A stretch of 64,000 nucleotides of DNA, taken from the NCBI GenBank assembly GCA_050736615.1, contig JBOHWL010000136.1, positions 16,828-80,827 on the forward strand. The letters run 5' to 3'. The notes beneath the pieces are model-generated. The model searched no databases. It was not told the origin of the DNA and was given only the letters and a program-made list of their open reading frames with translations. Positions within the stretch are counted from its first letter, which is position 1, and every line of letters begins with the position of its first letter. This document shows positions 10,011 to 19,219 of this stretch, piece after piece. Position numbers and translations under genes: made by a program. Origin of the DNA: Candidatus Binataceae bacterium (GTDB lineage: Bacteria > Desulfobacterota > Binatia > Binatales > Binataceae).

Positions 10011-10116
10011 CAAATCATAAAGGCTTGTCAATGAAAATTGTGACCTTACCGATTGGTCAGAACGAAAATAAAACGGGTGCAAGGCTAATTCGAGAAACGC
10101 ATGCCGGACAGGCCGG

Positions 10117-10608
10117 CTACTGCTTGCGCGGCTTCAATTCGATCCGGCGTTCGTGGGTCCAATCTTCAAAGCCGAGCTTGTACCACGCCGACGAGCCGAG
10201 CCAGTTGCGATGGAGTACCGTGAGCGTGACGACCTCGACGCCCTGGTCGCGAAACCAGTCATAGGCTATCTCCAGCATCGGCCTCATCAGCCCCTTGCCA
10301 CGCCAGCCCTCGTCCAAATAGGCGTGATTGATATAGCCCTTGACACGTGGCAAATAGCCTTGCCGATCGCGCCGCAGATGGACCCATAGATAACCGGCCA
10401 GCCGGCCATCGCCATGGTCCGCGACCCACAGCGCGTGATGGTCGCGATGGAGCACCACTTTGAGCCAATTTGGCGCCTCGCGAATTTCGTTCCAGTCAAA
10501 GCGGGCGCGCGCGTCCAGCCCCTCATGATAGGCCGCAATGGCGGCGACCAGACGCGCCAACTCCGTCACGTCCTCGTCGCGCGCACGTCTCAATTCGATA
10601 CTCATCAC
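10117..10608 (-). CDS. GNAT family N-acetyltransferase
   Basis: GNAT fold motifs (VADHGDGRLAGYLWVH ... GWRGKGLMRPMLE ... LTVLHRN). Confidence 0.7.
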   Translation of the reverse strand: MMSIELRRARDEDVTELARLVAAIAAYHEGLDARARFDWNEIREAPNWLKVVLHRDHHALWVADHGDGRLAGYLWVHLRRDRQGYLPRVKGYINHAYLDEGWRGKGLMRPMLEIAYDWFRDQGVEVVTLTVLHRNWLGSSAWYKLGFEDWTHERRIELKPRKQ

Positions 10609-10876
10609 GTCCTCCCGGATAATCTTGAGGGTCTAACCAGCTTGCAGCCCACGCGCAAGCGCGCGCAGGCATTTTTTGCTAATGCGGCCATGAGCGGAAT
10701 CGTGCTAGAAGAGACCTCAAACTTATGCTCGGCGCGGTCATCGAGGCGGGATGGACCAGACCGCGGGTAACGATCAGCATAGGGCGCGAGTCAGCATTGC
10801 GCTCTGCCGATGACGATTTCCTTCCGGGCAATTGGCTCCTTCGGTACAGGGGACATTTTTGGGGACGGCATGAACG

Positions 10877-13315
10877 ATGGCTGGTGCTAACGGCAACAAT
10901 TCGGGTAAGGCGGGCGCCTTCATCCTGCGCTTTCGGGCTCCGATCGGCGCAATCTTGGTGATCATCACATTGTTCATGGCCTACTGGGCGGTACATGTGC
11001 CGATAGCCACTCATTTCGAAGATTTCTTCCCCGCCAACCATCCCAACACGCTGCTGTATCGCAAATACCGCCGCCAATACGGCGGAGCGCAAACCCTGGT
11101 CCTGATGTTGCGCCTGAAGCATGGCGACATTTTTAACTTCAAGACCCTGCAGACGATCCTGGACTTGAACACAGAGGTGAACGCCCTACCGGGGGTGAAT
11201 CACAACGAAGTCTTTTCGCTGGCTTCCTACCGCGTCGTCTATGCGCGCGCCCTGCCGGGCGAGCTGGTGGCATCGCCGTTCATGTATCCGAAGGTGCCGC
11301 AAACCAGTCAGCAGCTCGCGGATTTGAAGCAAACCGTGCGGGCCCATCGCGCGCAACTGGCCGGTTACGTCACGCCCGATGATAAGGGGGCGTTGGTGAT
11401 CGCCAGCTTCAATGAGGAAGGTCTCGACTACGGCGCGTTGTTTAACGACGTGCAAAACATCATCAAAAAGCACCAGGACGCCAATACCCGCATCTACGCC
11501 AGCGGCGCGGCGATGTTTTCCGCCTGGGGTTATCATTACCTGCCGCGCATCGCGTTGATTTTCGCCGTGTCGGTCGTACTAATGCTGCTCATCCTGTTCT
11601 TTACGCTGGGCCGGCGTACCGGATGGTGGGCGCCAATTCTGACCGGCATCTGCTCGGCGATCTGGGGCCTCGGCTTCATGAGCCTGATGCGCTTCAATTT
11701 CGATCCGGTGATGCTGGTTATCCCGTTCATCCTGACCGCGCGTGACTTGAGCCACGGCATCCAATGGCATGGCCGTTATTATGAGGAACTCGATCACATC
11801 GAGAACAAGATGGCGGCTTGTGCGAGCACGGCGGACCGCATGCTCGCGCCGGGAGTGTTGGCGGTGGTCGCCAATGTCGCCGGCATCGTGTTCCTGGCAT
11901 GTGGTGATATTCCGGCACTCAGGCAAATCGGCTTTGGCGGCGCGGTATGGCTGGGCGCGAGTGTCGCGATGGTCTTCCTGTTCCAGCCGATTCTGATGAG
12001 CTATCTGGCGCGTCCGGAAGTGCGTGAGCATAGCTGGCTGGTGCGCAAGCGCGATAGCGATCACAAATCGAGCTATCGTTCGGCGGGCGAATGGGTGGCG
12101 GCGCTGCCGGTCAGGCCGGGAGCGTTGCGCATCGGAGTAATTGCCGGCGGCGTCGGCTTGTTAATCGCGGGCGTCGTGGCGAGCCAATACTCGTTGATCG
12201 GTTATCAGACTCAGGGTACGCCGATTTACCGGCCTGCCGCCAAGATTAACCGGGATACCGCGGAAATCAGCAAATTCATCCCGACCAATTACGCCTGGGT
12301 GGTGCTCGACACGCCCAATTACATGCATACGCAATCCAGTGTTGCGGTGGGAACGTTGCGCATGGCCGATGATCTCGGCAGTTACCTGATGAGCCGCGGC
12401 GACGCGGTCGCCGTAATCAGTTTCGCCAATGTCGGGACCAAGCCGATGAATCAGTTGCTCCACAACGGCTTTCCCAAATACATGGCGATGCCAAACAGCG
12501 ATGTGCTGAGCGGCGACCTGTGGGGCTTTTTCTTCAGCGGCACCGCGCCCGACGAGGTCTATCAATTTTTCGCCAATTCCCCCAACATGACCAACACCTG
12601 TATCCGCGTGCTGCTGCCCGATCATACCTACACGCGGCTGCGGCGATTGCGCACGGACATCGCCTATTTCGTCAAGCATCGTGTGAAACCCGCGCCGGAT
12701 CTCACCAAAGTCAAAGTGCTCTACCTCGGCGGCGATGCCGGCCTGTATTTAGCGGCCGACGATGTCATTTCGCACCTTAACGTGCTCAATATCGCCCTTG
12801 CGCTGGCGGCGATTTTCCTGTGCTGCGCAATCGTGTTCCGCTCGATCACGGCCGGTATTCTGTTTGCCGTGGCCGCCGTGATGGCGAACTTCGCCGCCTT
12901 CATTTACATGAGCGCCTATGGCATCGGCCTCACCATCGACACCATCCCGGTGATCTCCGTCGGCATTGGCCTGGGGGTTGATTTCGGCATCTACACGGTG
13001 GCGCGCATCCGCGAGGAGGTGGCGTCGGGCAAACCACTCGAGAGCGCGATTGCAACCGCGCTGCGTACCACCGGTGGCTGGGTCTTCGCGACCTTTCTCG
13101 TGATTGTCGCGGGCATGATCCCGTGGGTGTTTTCCCCCCTGTTGTTCCATAACGAAATGAGCGTGCTGCTGATCCTGTTGATGGTCGCCAACGTGCTCAT
13201 CGGGATGCTGGTATTGCCAGCCTTTATCGCATGGCGCCGGCCGCGCTTCGTGACCTCGATGGCGCCGCCGGCGGCGGAAAAAGCCGAGCCGGTGGCAGGC
13301 GCGCACGCGGGGTGA
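10877..13315 (+). CDS. MMPL/RND-superfamily exporter (12-TM, two periplasmic loops; HpnN-like)
   Basis: 812 aa with two 6-TM bundles separated by large hydrophilic domains, typical of MMPL/RND transporters. ATG at 10877. Confidence 0.75.
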   Translation: MAGANGNNSGKAGAFILRFRAPIGAILVIITLFMAYWAVHVPIATHFEDFFPANHPNTLLYRKYRRQYGGAQTLVLMLRLKHGDIFNFKTLQTILDLNTEVNALPGVNHNEVFSLASYRVVYARALPGELVASPFMYPKVPQTSQQLADLKQTVRAHRAQLAGYVTPDDKGALVIASFNEEGLDYGALFNDVQNIIKKHQDANTRIYASGAAMFSAWGYHYLPRIALIFAVSVVLMLLILFFTLGRRTGWWAPILTGICSAIWGLGFMSLMRFNFDPVMLVIPFILTARDLSHGIQWHGRYYEELDHIENKMAACASTADRMLAPGVLAVVANVAGIVFLACGDIPALRQIGFGGAVWLGASVAMVFLFQPILMSYLARPEVREHSWLVRKRDSDHKSSYRSAGEWVAALPVRPGALRIGVIAGGVGLLIAGVVASQYSLIGYQTQGTPIYRPAAKINRDTAEISKFIPTNYAWVVLDTPNYMHTQSSVAVGTLRMADDLGSYLMSRGDAVAVISFANVGTKPMNQLLHNGFPKYMAMPNSDVLSGDLWGFFFSGTAPDEVYQFFANSPNMTNTCIRVLLPDHTYTRLRRLRTDIAYFVKHRVKPAPDLTKVKVLYLGGDAGLYLAADDVISHLNVLNIALALAAIFLCCAIVFRSITAGILFAVAAVMANFAAFIYMSAYGIGLTIDTIPVISVGIGLGVDFGIYTVARIREEVASGKPLESAIATALRTTGGWVFATFLVIVAGMIPWVFSPLLFHNEMSVLLILLMVANVLIGMLVLPAFIAWRRPRFVTSMAPPAAEKAEPVAGAHAG

Positions 13316-13368
13316 AGCATCGCGCGCGCTGAGAGACGCGCAAGTTCGCAGGCGGGGTTGTTATACGA

Positions 13369-13695
13369 TCAAAACGGACCGCGATGGGCGGCCTCGAAAT
13401 GGATCTCCAGCAATTTGCGTTCGGCGCGGATAGATTTCAGCGCCGCCTCGCGCACTTGCTCGAAATCCCGTTGCAGCCACGGTCCTAGTCGCGCAAGGAG
13501 CGCATCGGGATCGTCGCCGACGTGGCCAAGCAATGACGCCGCGATACGGCAATGCAGAACCACGCGCTCGATGCCGTCAGCGCGCTCCAATGCGAGCGTC
13601 AGCAACACGCTCTGGTCGTCGGTCACGGCCGGGGCCGCGAGGGACAGCCGGTAAGTCCCGCGCCCGGTATTAAGCGCAACGGCCAATTGATACAA
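13369..13695 (-). CDS. hypothetical protein (weak)
   Basis: 108-aa ORF downstream of secF on the same strand with a protein-like composition. No recognisable motif. Many alternative ORFs overlap it in this GC-rich DNA. Confidence 0.3.
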   Translation of the reverse strand: MYQLAVALNTGRGTYRLSLAAPAVTDDQSVLLTLALERADGIERVVLHCRIAASLLGHVGDDPDALLARLGPWLQRDFEQVREAALKSIRAERKLLEIHFEAAHRGPF

Positions 13696-13735
13696 GTCCG
13701 AACGCCGGCGAGCGGTCTAACCTTCTCAATACCGG

Positions 13736-14668
13736 CTAGGCGGCTTTGGAAAGCCGTTTGCTGACGTGTCCCCTTTCCCAATAAAGGACTACCGGTCCGG
13801 CGATATAGATCGATGAATAGGTGCCGGTGATCACGCCGATGAGCAGCGTGAACGAGGCCGGGCGCAGGATCGGTCCGCCCAGGGCCAGCAGGGCGATCAA
13901 CACCGTCATAGCGGTGCCGGATGTGAGCAGGGTGCGCGACAACGTTTCGTTGATCGCCCGATTCATCAGCGAATCGATCGGCTCGCGCCGCCGCTTGGCC
14001 GCATCTTCGCGAATTCTGTCTGACACGATGATCGTGTCATGAACCGAATAACCGATCACCGTGAGCAATGCCGCCAGAGTGGTGAGGTCAAATTCCAGCC
14101 GCGAGAGCATCAGCGCCAGCAACACCACCAGCACGTCGTGGACGAGGGCAATCACCGCGCCGGCGCCGAAGCTCCAACTGACATGACGGAACTGCCAGGC
14201 GATGTATATACCCATGAAGATGCAGGCGAACACCACCGCTTCGGTGCCGTCCACGCGCAAATCGCGGCCGACTTTGGCGCCAACCGTCTCGACCCGCACC
14301 ACGGCGGCTTTATTGGTATTGCCGTAACTTGCGGTCAGCGCCGATTCGAGCCGCTTCGCCAAACTGCCGATATTGTTGACCTTTTCGAAACGCACCAGGA
14401 ATTGGTGCTTGGACGAGCCAAAATCCTGCACGGTGACTTCGCCCAGATTAAGCGTCGCCATCGCGCTGCGAATACGGTCGCCGTTGGTGGGATGGTCGAA
14501 GCGCAACTGGACCACGCTGCCGCCGGCGAAATCGACGCCGAAATTCAGCCCGACGAAAATCAGTAGGATGATCGAGGCGAGATTGATCGCGGTCGAGAGT
14601 GCCACGAAAAAGTGGCGCTTGCCGACAAAATCAATATTTACGTCGGGCCGAATCAGTTGTAGCGACAT
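13736..14668 (-). CDS. secF: protein-export membrane protein SecF
   Basis: Typical SecF N-terminus (DFVGKRHFFVALSTAINLASIIL, GVDFAGGS), a periplasmic domain, then the C-terminal TM bundle (LIALVHDVLVVLG-like, TGTYSSIY). Confidence 0.85.
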   Translation of the reverse strand: MSLQLIRPDVNIDFVGKRHFFVALSTAINLASIILLIFVGLNFGVDFAGGSVVQLRFDHPTNGDRIRSAMATLNLGEVTVQDFGSSKHQFLVRFEKVNNIGSLAKRLESALTASYGNTNKAAVVRVETVGAKVGRDLRVDGTEAVVFACIFMGIYIAWQFRHVSWSFGAGAVIALVHDVLVVLLALMLSRLEFDLTTLAALLTVIGYSVHDTIIVSDRIREDAAKRRREPIDSLMNRAINETLSRTLLTSGTAMTVLIALLALGGPILRPASFTLLIGVITGTYSSIYIAGPVVLYWERGHVSKRLSKAA

Positions 14669-14937
14669 CGTGCCTGTTCCAACTCCTGGCGAGCGAGCGG
14701 CTCGGGCCAGCGGCTCGCATGTCCGTCCCGCCCCACACGGTAAAGCTTGGCCGGCCCTAGGGTCTCCCCAGCCTGCCGTGAAGCGTACATGCGTTGTGCA
14801 TGAAATTAGCCGTTCGGAACCGCAAAGAAAAGTGCTCAGTGGAGCTTGAGGCGATCATCCGCGAAGTCGAGGTGTGACGCTCGGTCTTGATATTGTCCGG
14901 GACCGTGGTGCGGACGAACACCGGCGCCAGATTGATG

Positions 14938-15276
14938 CTAAGCGGCTGCCGTATGCGCTTTGGCGCATTTCGCGCACATATTGTTCTGATTGTTGGGGTC
15001 TTCCTGCAGGCCTTCGTCAAGCGAATGGCATACCTTCATGCATTTTGCACAGATGAAGTAGATGCCTTCGATGGTCTTGTTGATGCGCTCGCGATTGAGA
15101 ATCCGCCCTTTGAGCTTTTCTATGCGGATACCCAGAAGGTCCTGGTATTGGCGCTTGATCTTGCGTCGGCCCGCTTCGTCCTTGGGCAGATCCGCATCTT
15201 CTTCGTTGTCTTCCGCAGTCTCGGTGAAGCTGTACACGTCGCGCTTGGTGGATTTAGTCTTGCGGACTCGCGCCAT
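14938..15276 (-). CDS. small lysine-rich protein with C-terminal CxxC...CxxC zinc-ribbon
   Basis: MARVRKTKSTKRD... basic N-terminus, acidic linker, FICAKCMKVCHSL...NMCAKCAKA four-cysteine motif. Family not recognised. Confidence 0.45.
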   Translation of the reverse strand: MARVRKTKSTKRDVYSFTETAEDNEEDADLPKDEAGRRKIKRQYQDLLGIRIEKLKGRILNRERINKTIEGIYFICAKCMKVCHSLDEGLQEDPNNQNNMCAKCAKAHTAAA

Positions 15277-15294
15277 GGCTGTGCTAAGCCTCCA

Positions 15295-15465
15295 TCAGCG
15301 AATACGCCCGACAAAGCCGCAATTTTTTTCGCAAACCAAATAAAAGCCCTTGCGGCCAAAGCCGGCGAACATGGTCACCTTGCTTTCCGAACCGCACGTC
15401 GGGCACAGATGCTTGTGCTCATTCTGGCGACCCTTTTCGGCCGTCTTTGCCTTTCTTTCAGCCAT
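15295..15465 (-). CDS. unannotated 56-aa zinc-ribbon protein (below the ORF-track size cut-off)
   Basis: Hand translation of the minus strand gives MAERKAKTAEKGRQNEHKHLCPTCGSESKVTMFAGFGRKGFYLVCEKNCGFVGRIR*. It is bounded by an in-frame stop 18 nt upstream of the ATG. CPTCG...CEKNCG is a YgiT-like zinc ribbon. Its stop lies 18 nt before the next gene, with GGAGG in between. Confidence 0.4.
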   Translation of the reverse strand: MAERKAKTAEKGRQNEHKHLCPTCGSESKVTMFAGFGRKGFYLVCEKNCGFVGRIR

Positions 15466-15752
15466 TTCTGTTACGCGCCCTCTTCACTGTGCTGCTTCAA
15501 TAACCATAATCATGATTCGCGTGGTATTCCGTCGGATGATGCCCCGCGTCATGCATAGCGGCTACACTTTAGCACGACCGGTGATATGAAAACCAAAAAT
15601 CACCCGGCCAATTACCGTCCTGACGCCAATTGTCGTCGCGCAATAGTCCGGGTGCGAATTAGCGTAAACGCCGCCACTCCCCAGAGTCAATACTGGCGCT
15701 GATCGTGCCGGTAGTTGCGTCTGCACGAGGCGACGTCTATCCCTAATGCTGC

Positions 15753-16649
15753 TTGAAGCAGTGGTTAAAAGAAAACGACCCGGTTTTGTTCATCGATCGC
15801 AAGGGCCGACGCTATCTGAAGGTCTTGCGCCGGGGCCAGAAGATTGAAATCCGGGGAAATATCACGGCCGAAGCCTTATGGGACCTCGAAGAAGGTTCGC
15901 GCGTCAAACTGAGTTCGGGTGAAAGCTACCTGGTGATACGGCCGACCTACGCCGATCTGATTCCGCATTTGCCGCGCGCGGCACAAGTGATCTATCCCAA
16001 AGATACGGGCCCGCTGCTGATATGGGGCGATGTCTATCCCGGCGCGACCGTGATCGAAGGCGGGGCTGGCGCGGGCGCGCTGACGATCGCGCTGCTGCGC
16101 GCCGTTGGCCCCGCGGGGCGCGTGATTTCATATGAGTTGCGCGAGGATTTCGCCGCCGCCGCGCGCCGCAACGTCGCTACTTTTTTCGGTGACGCACCCA
16201 ATTGGACGATTAAGTTGCGCAACCTCTTCGACGGTTTCGATGAGACCGAAGTGGACCGCATGTTTATCGACCTGGCCGAACCGGGACGCGCGCTCGAAGC
16301 CGCCGCGCGGGCGTTGCGGCCGGGCGGCGTGTTCGTCGCCTACGTGCCAACCGCGATACAATTGAAAGACACCGTTGACGCGTTGGCGTTGCGGCCGGAA
16401 TTTGGCGAAATCGACAGCTTCGAAACCTTGATGCGCCATTGGCAGGTCAAAGGCCTCAGCGTGCGTCCGGTCCATCGCATGGTTGCTCATTCCGCGTTCA
16501 TAATTGTCGCACGCCGCCTCGCCTCATCGTCCTCACCGGTTATGATCGGGGCGCCCGAAAGCACCCACGGTGAGGTCAGGCTCGACCATCGGACATCAGG
16601 CGAAGGCCATCTGGACGAGGGCGACGATGACGCGGACGAGGAGCATTAG
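15753..16649 (+). CDS. trmI: tRNA (adenine-N1)-methyltransferase TrmI/Gcd14 family
   Basis: N-terminal beta-domain (GQKIEIRGNITAEALWDLEEGSRVKL), Rossmann VIEGGAGAGALTIALLRAVGPAGRVISYE, DRMFIDLAEP. TTG start as listed (uncertain). Acidic C-terminal tail. Confidence 0.7.
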   Translation: MKQWLKENDPVLFIDRKGRRYLKVLRRGQKIEIRGNITAEALWDLEEGSRVKLSSGESYLVIRPTYADLIPHLPRAAQVIYPKDTGPLLIWGDVYPGATVIEGGAGAGALTIALLRAVGPAGRVISYELREDFAAAARRNVATFFGDAPNWTIKLRNLFDGFDETEVDRMFIDLAEPGRALEAAARALRPGGVFVAYVPTAIQLKDTVDALALRPEFGEIDSFETLMRHWQVKGLSVRPVHRMVAHSAFIIVARRLASSSSPVMIGAPESTHGEVRLDHRTSGEGHLDEGDDDADEEH

Positions 16650-16731
16650 ATGCGCGCGACGCGGCTCGCGTCATGCCAAACGCGCCCGGTTACGAAACAG
16701 TCGAATGGCAAAATAAGCGGCGGAGGTGGTG

Positions 16732-17661
16732 ATGGCTACCACATACAATACGGCGCAAATCGCGGAACTGCTCGAGCGCGTCAGTAATTGGGGTCGCTGG
16801 GGCAGCGAGGATCAAAAAGGCGCGCTGAATTTCATTACGGATGCCAAGCGGACGGCCGCCGCGCGTTTGGTGCAAACCGGCGAAACGGTTTCTTTAGCCC
16901 TGCCACTGCCGACCCATCCCGCACGCGATAATCCCGTGCCGGTGACTCATCTTATGATTCGCTCGGGCCAGATAGGTCATCCGCTCGGCTCCTTTGGATG
17001 CGCCGATTACTTCGCGATCGAGCCGCATGGGCTTGCCACCACCCATCTTGACGCCCTCTGCCATCATTTTTACCGCGGCAAAATGTACAACGGCTTTGAC
17101 GTGTCCGAGGTCGATTTCCAAGGCGCGCACAAATGCGCCATCGAGGTCGCTCGCGACGGTATCATCAGTCGCGGGGTGCTGTTTGATATCCCGAAGAGCA
17201 AACGGGTCGAATGGGTTGAACCCGGCGATGCGATCTACCCAGAGGATCTCGAAGCGGCGGAACGCGAGCAGCGCGCGCGGGTGGGCGAGGGCGATGTGAT
17301 GTTGTTGCGCACCGGGCGTTTTACCTTGCGCCGGCAAAAGGGTGCCGGCGCCATCGCCGGGATGAACATGCCCGGAATGCACGCTTCCTGCCTGCCATGG
17401 CTACATGAGCGGCGTATCGCGATGCTCGTGTCCGACGCGGTAAGCGACGTGCTACCGACCGCCTATGATGCGCCGTTGAAAATGCCGATTCATACGGGAA
17501 CGCTGGTGATGATGGGGGTTCATCTGGTCGACAACGCCGACCTCGACGCGCTTGCCAAAAAATGCGCCCGGCTGGGGCGTTACGATTTTATGTTCGCCCT
17601 GTTGCCGTTGATCCTCGAACGCGGCACGGCTTCGCCCGCCAACCCGGTCGCAATGTTTTGA
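16732..17661 (+). CDS. cyclase-family protein (kynurenine formamidase-like fold)
   Basis: GRWGSEDQKGALN, HLDALCHHFYRGKMYNG, RGVLFDIP, MLLRTG are putative-cyclase (PF04199-like) motifs. ATG at 16732 is 6 nt after GGAGG. The ORF track starts at GTG 16726. Confidence 0.7.
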   Translation: MATTYNTAQIAELLERVSNWGRWGSEDQKGALNFITDAKRTAAARLVQTGETVSLALPLPTHPARDNPVPVTHLMIRSGQIGHPLGSFGCADYFAIEPHGLATTHLDALCHHFYRGKMYNGFDVSEVDFQGAHKCAIEVARDGIISRGVLFDIPKSKRVEWVEPGDAIYPEDLEAAEREQRARVGEGDVMLLRTGRFTLRRQKGAGAIAGMNMPGMHASCLPWLHERRIAMLVSDAVSDVLPTAYDAPLKMPIHTGTLVMMGVHLVDNADLDALAKKCARLGRYDFMFALLPLILERGTASPANPVAMF

Positions 17662-17798
17662 GACGAAAGGCATGTCGCGAGCCGGATGTGAGCCGCTGAG
17701 TAAGTTGGCTGGCTGAGGCACGGTCGTGCGTGTGAATTTGTCAGCCCAGCGTCGCGAGCGATCTCCGTCGTTTCACCGGTCTCAGAGTCTGTGAATTT

Positions 17799-17872
17799 TT
17801 GTCATTCTGAACGGAGTCCGCCGCCAGCTTCGCCGCACAGAGCGGCTCCGCTGGTGGTGTTCGGAATGACAG
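17799..17872. repeat. palindromic MITE/REP-like element, minimal ~74-bp copy
   Basis: Termini TTGTCATTCTGAACGGAG (17799-17816) and TTCGGAATGACAG (17860-17872) are inverted repeats. The interior ccgccgccagcttcgccgcacagagcggctccgctgg is itself near-palindromic. Related copies lie at 2051-2082, 34937-35098 and 60336-60607. Confidence 0.5.
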
Positions 17873-17959
17873 AAAAAAATCTTCGCACACTCTCAGGATG
17901 GCCATCGTGCGATCACCGTCGCTCCATCGTCATTGGAGAGGTAACCTCGCAAGCGCAAG

Positions 17960-18691
17960 ATGGGAATACCGGTAATGGCCAGACAGGATTTCAGCCGGCG
18001 CAGCACCGAGTCGGAAATGATGGATGATGGCAGCGTGACTTTCGAGGCTTTTCGCGACTGCCTGCGTGATCTCGAGATCGTCAATCGCTTCACCCTGGCC
18101 TATCGGCCGACGAGACATTGGTTGAAACGTGTTTTGCGGGATCGGCTCTCGAATAATTGCACTTCGATTCTTGATGTTGGAAGTGGTGGCGGCGGGATGC
18201 TGCGGCGCATCGCGAACTGGGCCGGCAAGAACGGCCGCCGGGTCGAACTTGTCGGCGTGGACCTCAATCCGTGGTCCAAGCGATCGGCCGAAGAGGCCAC
18301 GCCGTCAGATGCATCGATCCGCTTCGAGACCTCGGATATCTTCACATTCGAGCCCGGCAAAATCGACTTCGTCATCAGCTCGCTCTTCACGCATCATCTG
18401 ACCGACAGCGACGTGGTGCGCTTTCTTCGATGGATGGATCAGCACGCGACACGCGGCTGGTTCATAAACGATCTGCACCGTCATTCCGTGCCGGCCTTTG
18501 TAATCAGGCACGCCACGCGCCTTTTGCGCTTCGATCGGATGGTGCGCTACGACGGGCCAGTCTCGGTCGCGCGGGCGTTTACGGCCAAGGACTGGCGGCG
18601 TCTTCTCGCCGCGGCCGGTATACCAGCCGAGCGCACCCGGATCGATTGGTACTTTCCTTTCCGATACTGCGTGACAGGCTGGAAGGCGTAA
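17960..18691 (+). CDS. class I SAM-dependent methyltransferase
   Basis: ILDVGSGGGGML glycine-rich SAM motif, VELVGVDLNP, FDFVISSLFTHHL. Confidence 0.65.
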   Translation: MGIPVMARQDFSRRSTESEMMDDGSVTFEAFRDCLRDLEIVNRFTLAYRPTRHWLKRVLRDRLSNNCTSILDVGSGGGGMLRRIANWAGKNGRRVELVGVDLNPWSKRSAEEATPSDASIRFETSDIFTFEPGKIDFVISSLFTHHLTDSDVVRFLRWMDQHATRGWFINDLHRHSVPAFVIRHATRLLRFDRMVRYDGPVSVARAFTAKDWRRLLAAAGIPAERTRIDWYFPFRYCVTGWKA

Positions 18692-18726
18692 GACCACGGT
18701 GGCGTGATCGCCAGCGCTAACGTCGC

Positions 18727-18749
18727 GACGCCGTGGATATCACGGCGTC
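18727..18749. terminator. perfect 9-bp-stem hairpin in the convergent gap (weak terminator candidate, no U-tract)
   Basis: GACGCCGTG gatat CACGGCGTC between the methyltransferase (+) and the MaoC gene (-). Confidence 0.3.
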
Positions 18750-18778
18750 ATCAACCAAATCGGGATAAAGCCGAATTT

Positions 18779-19213
18779 TTATTTCAGGAACTGAACCGTA
18801 GCGGTGCCGATCACCAAGCGCTCGGCTTCCTCGCTTTCCATCCACAGGTCCATATCAACCGTACGTTCCTCATCGTTTTTGTGGGTCACGAAACCCTGGA
18901 GCGTGATGGTATGGTCGGGCAGCACCGGTTGGCGATAAGTGGTGCCGAGCCGAATCAGCTTGGCGTCGCCGTGGCCAATCCAATCAGTCACCAGACGGCT
19001 CAAGATCGCCAGACTCATATTGCCGGGCGCGATCATGCCGGGCAGGCCTTCTTTTTTCGCACCCTCGTCGTCGGTGAAGCGCGGCACCCACATTCCGGTC
19101 GCGCGCGCGTAATTGCGCACCTGGTCTTTGCTCAAAAGGATCTCGAGCGGACCTAGCGCGTCGACACCAATTTCCACGTCCTCGTAACGTTTGCCGGTTT
19201 TGTCTTCGGACAT
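18779..19213 (-). CDS. MaoC-like (R)-specific enoyl-CoA hydratase, hotdog fold
   Basis: MSEDKTGKRYEDVEIG ... GLPGMIAPGNMSLAILSRLVTDWIG has a typical MaoC dehydratase layout. Confidence 0.75.
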   Translation of the reverse strand: MSEDKTGKRYEDVEIGVDALGPLEILLSKDQVRNYARATGMWVPRFTDDEGAKKEGLPGMIAPGNMSLAILSRLVTDWIGHGDAKLIRLGTTYRQPVLPDHTITLQGFVTHKNDEERTVDMDLWMESEEAERLVIGTATVQFLK

Positions 19214-19219
19214 GATAAC

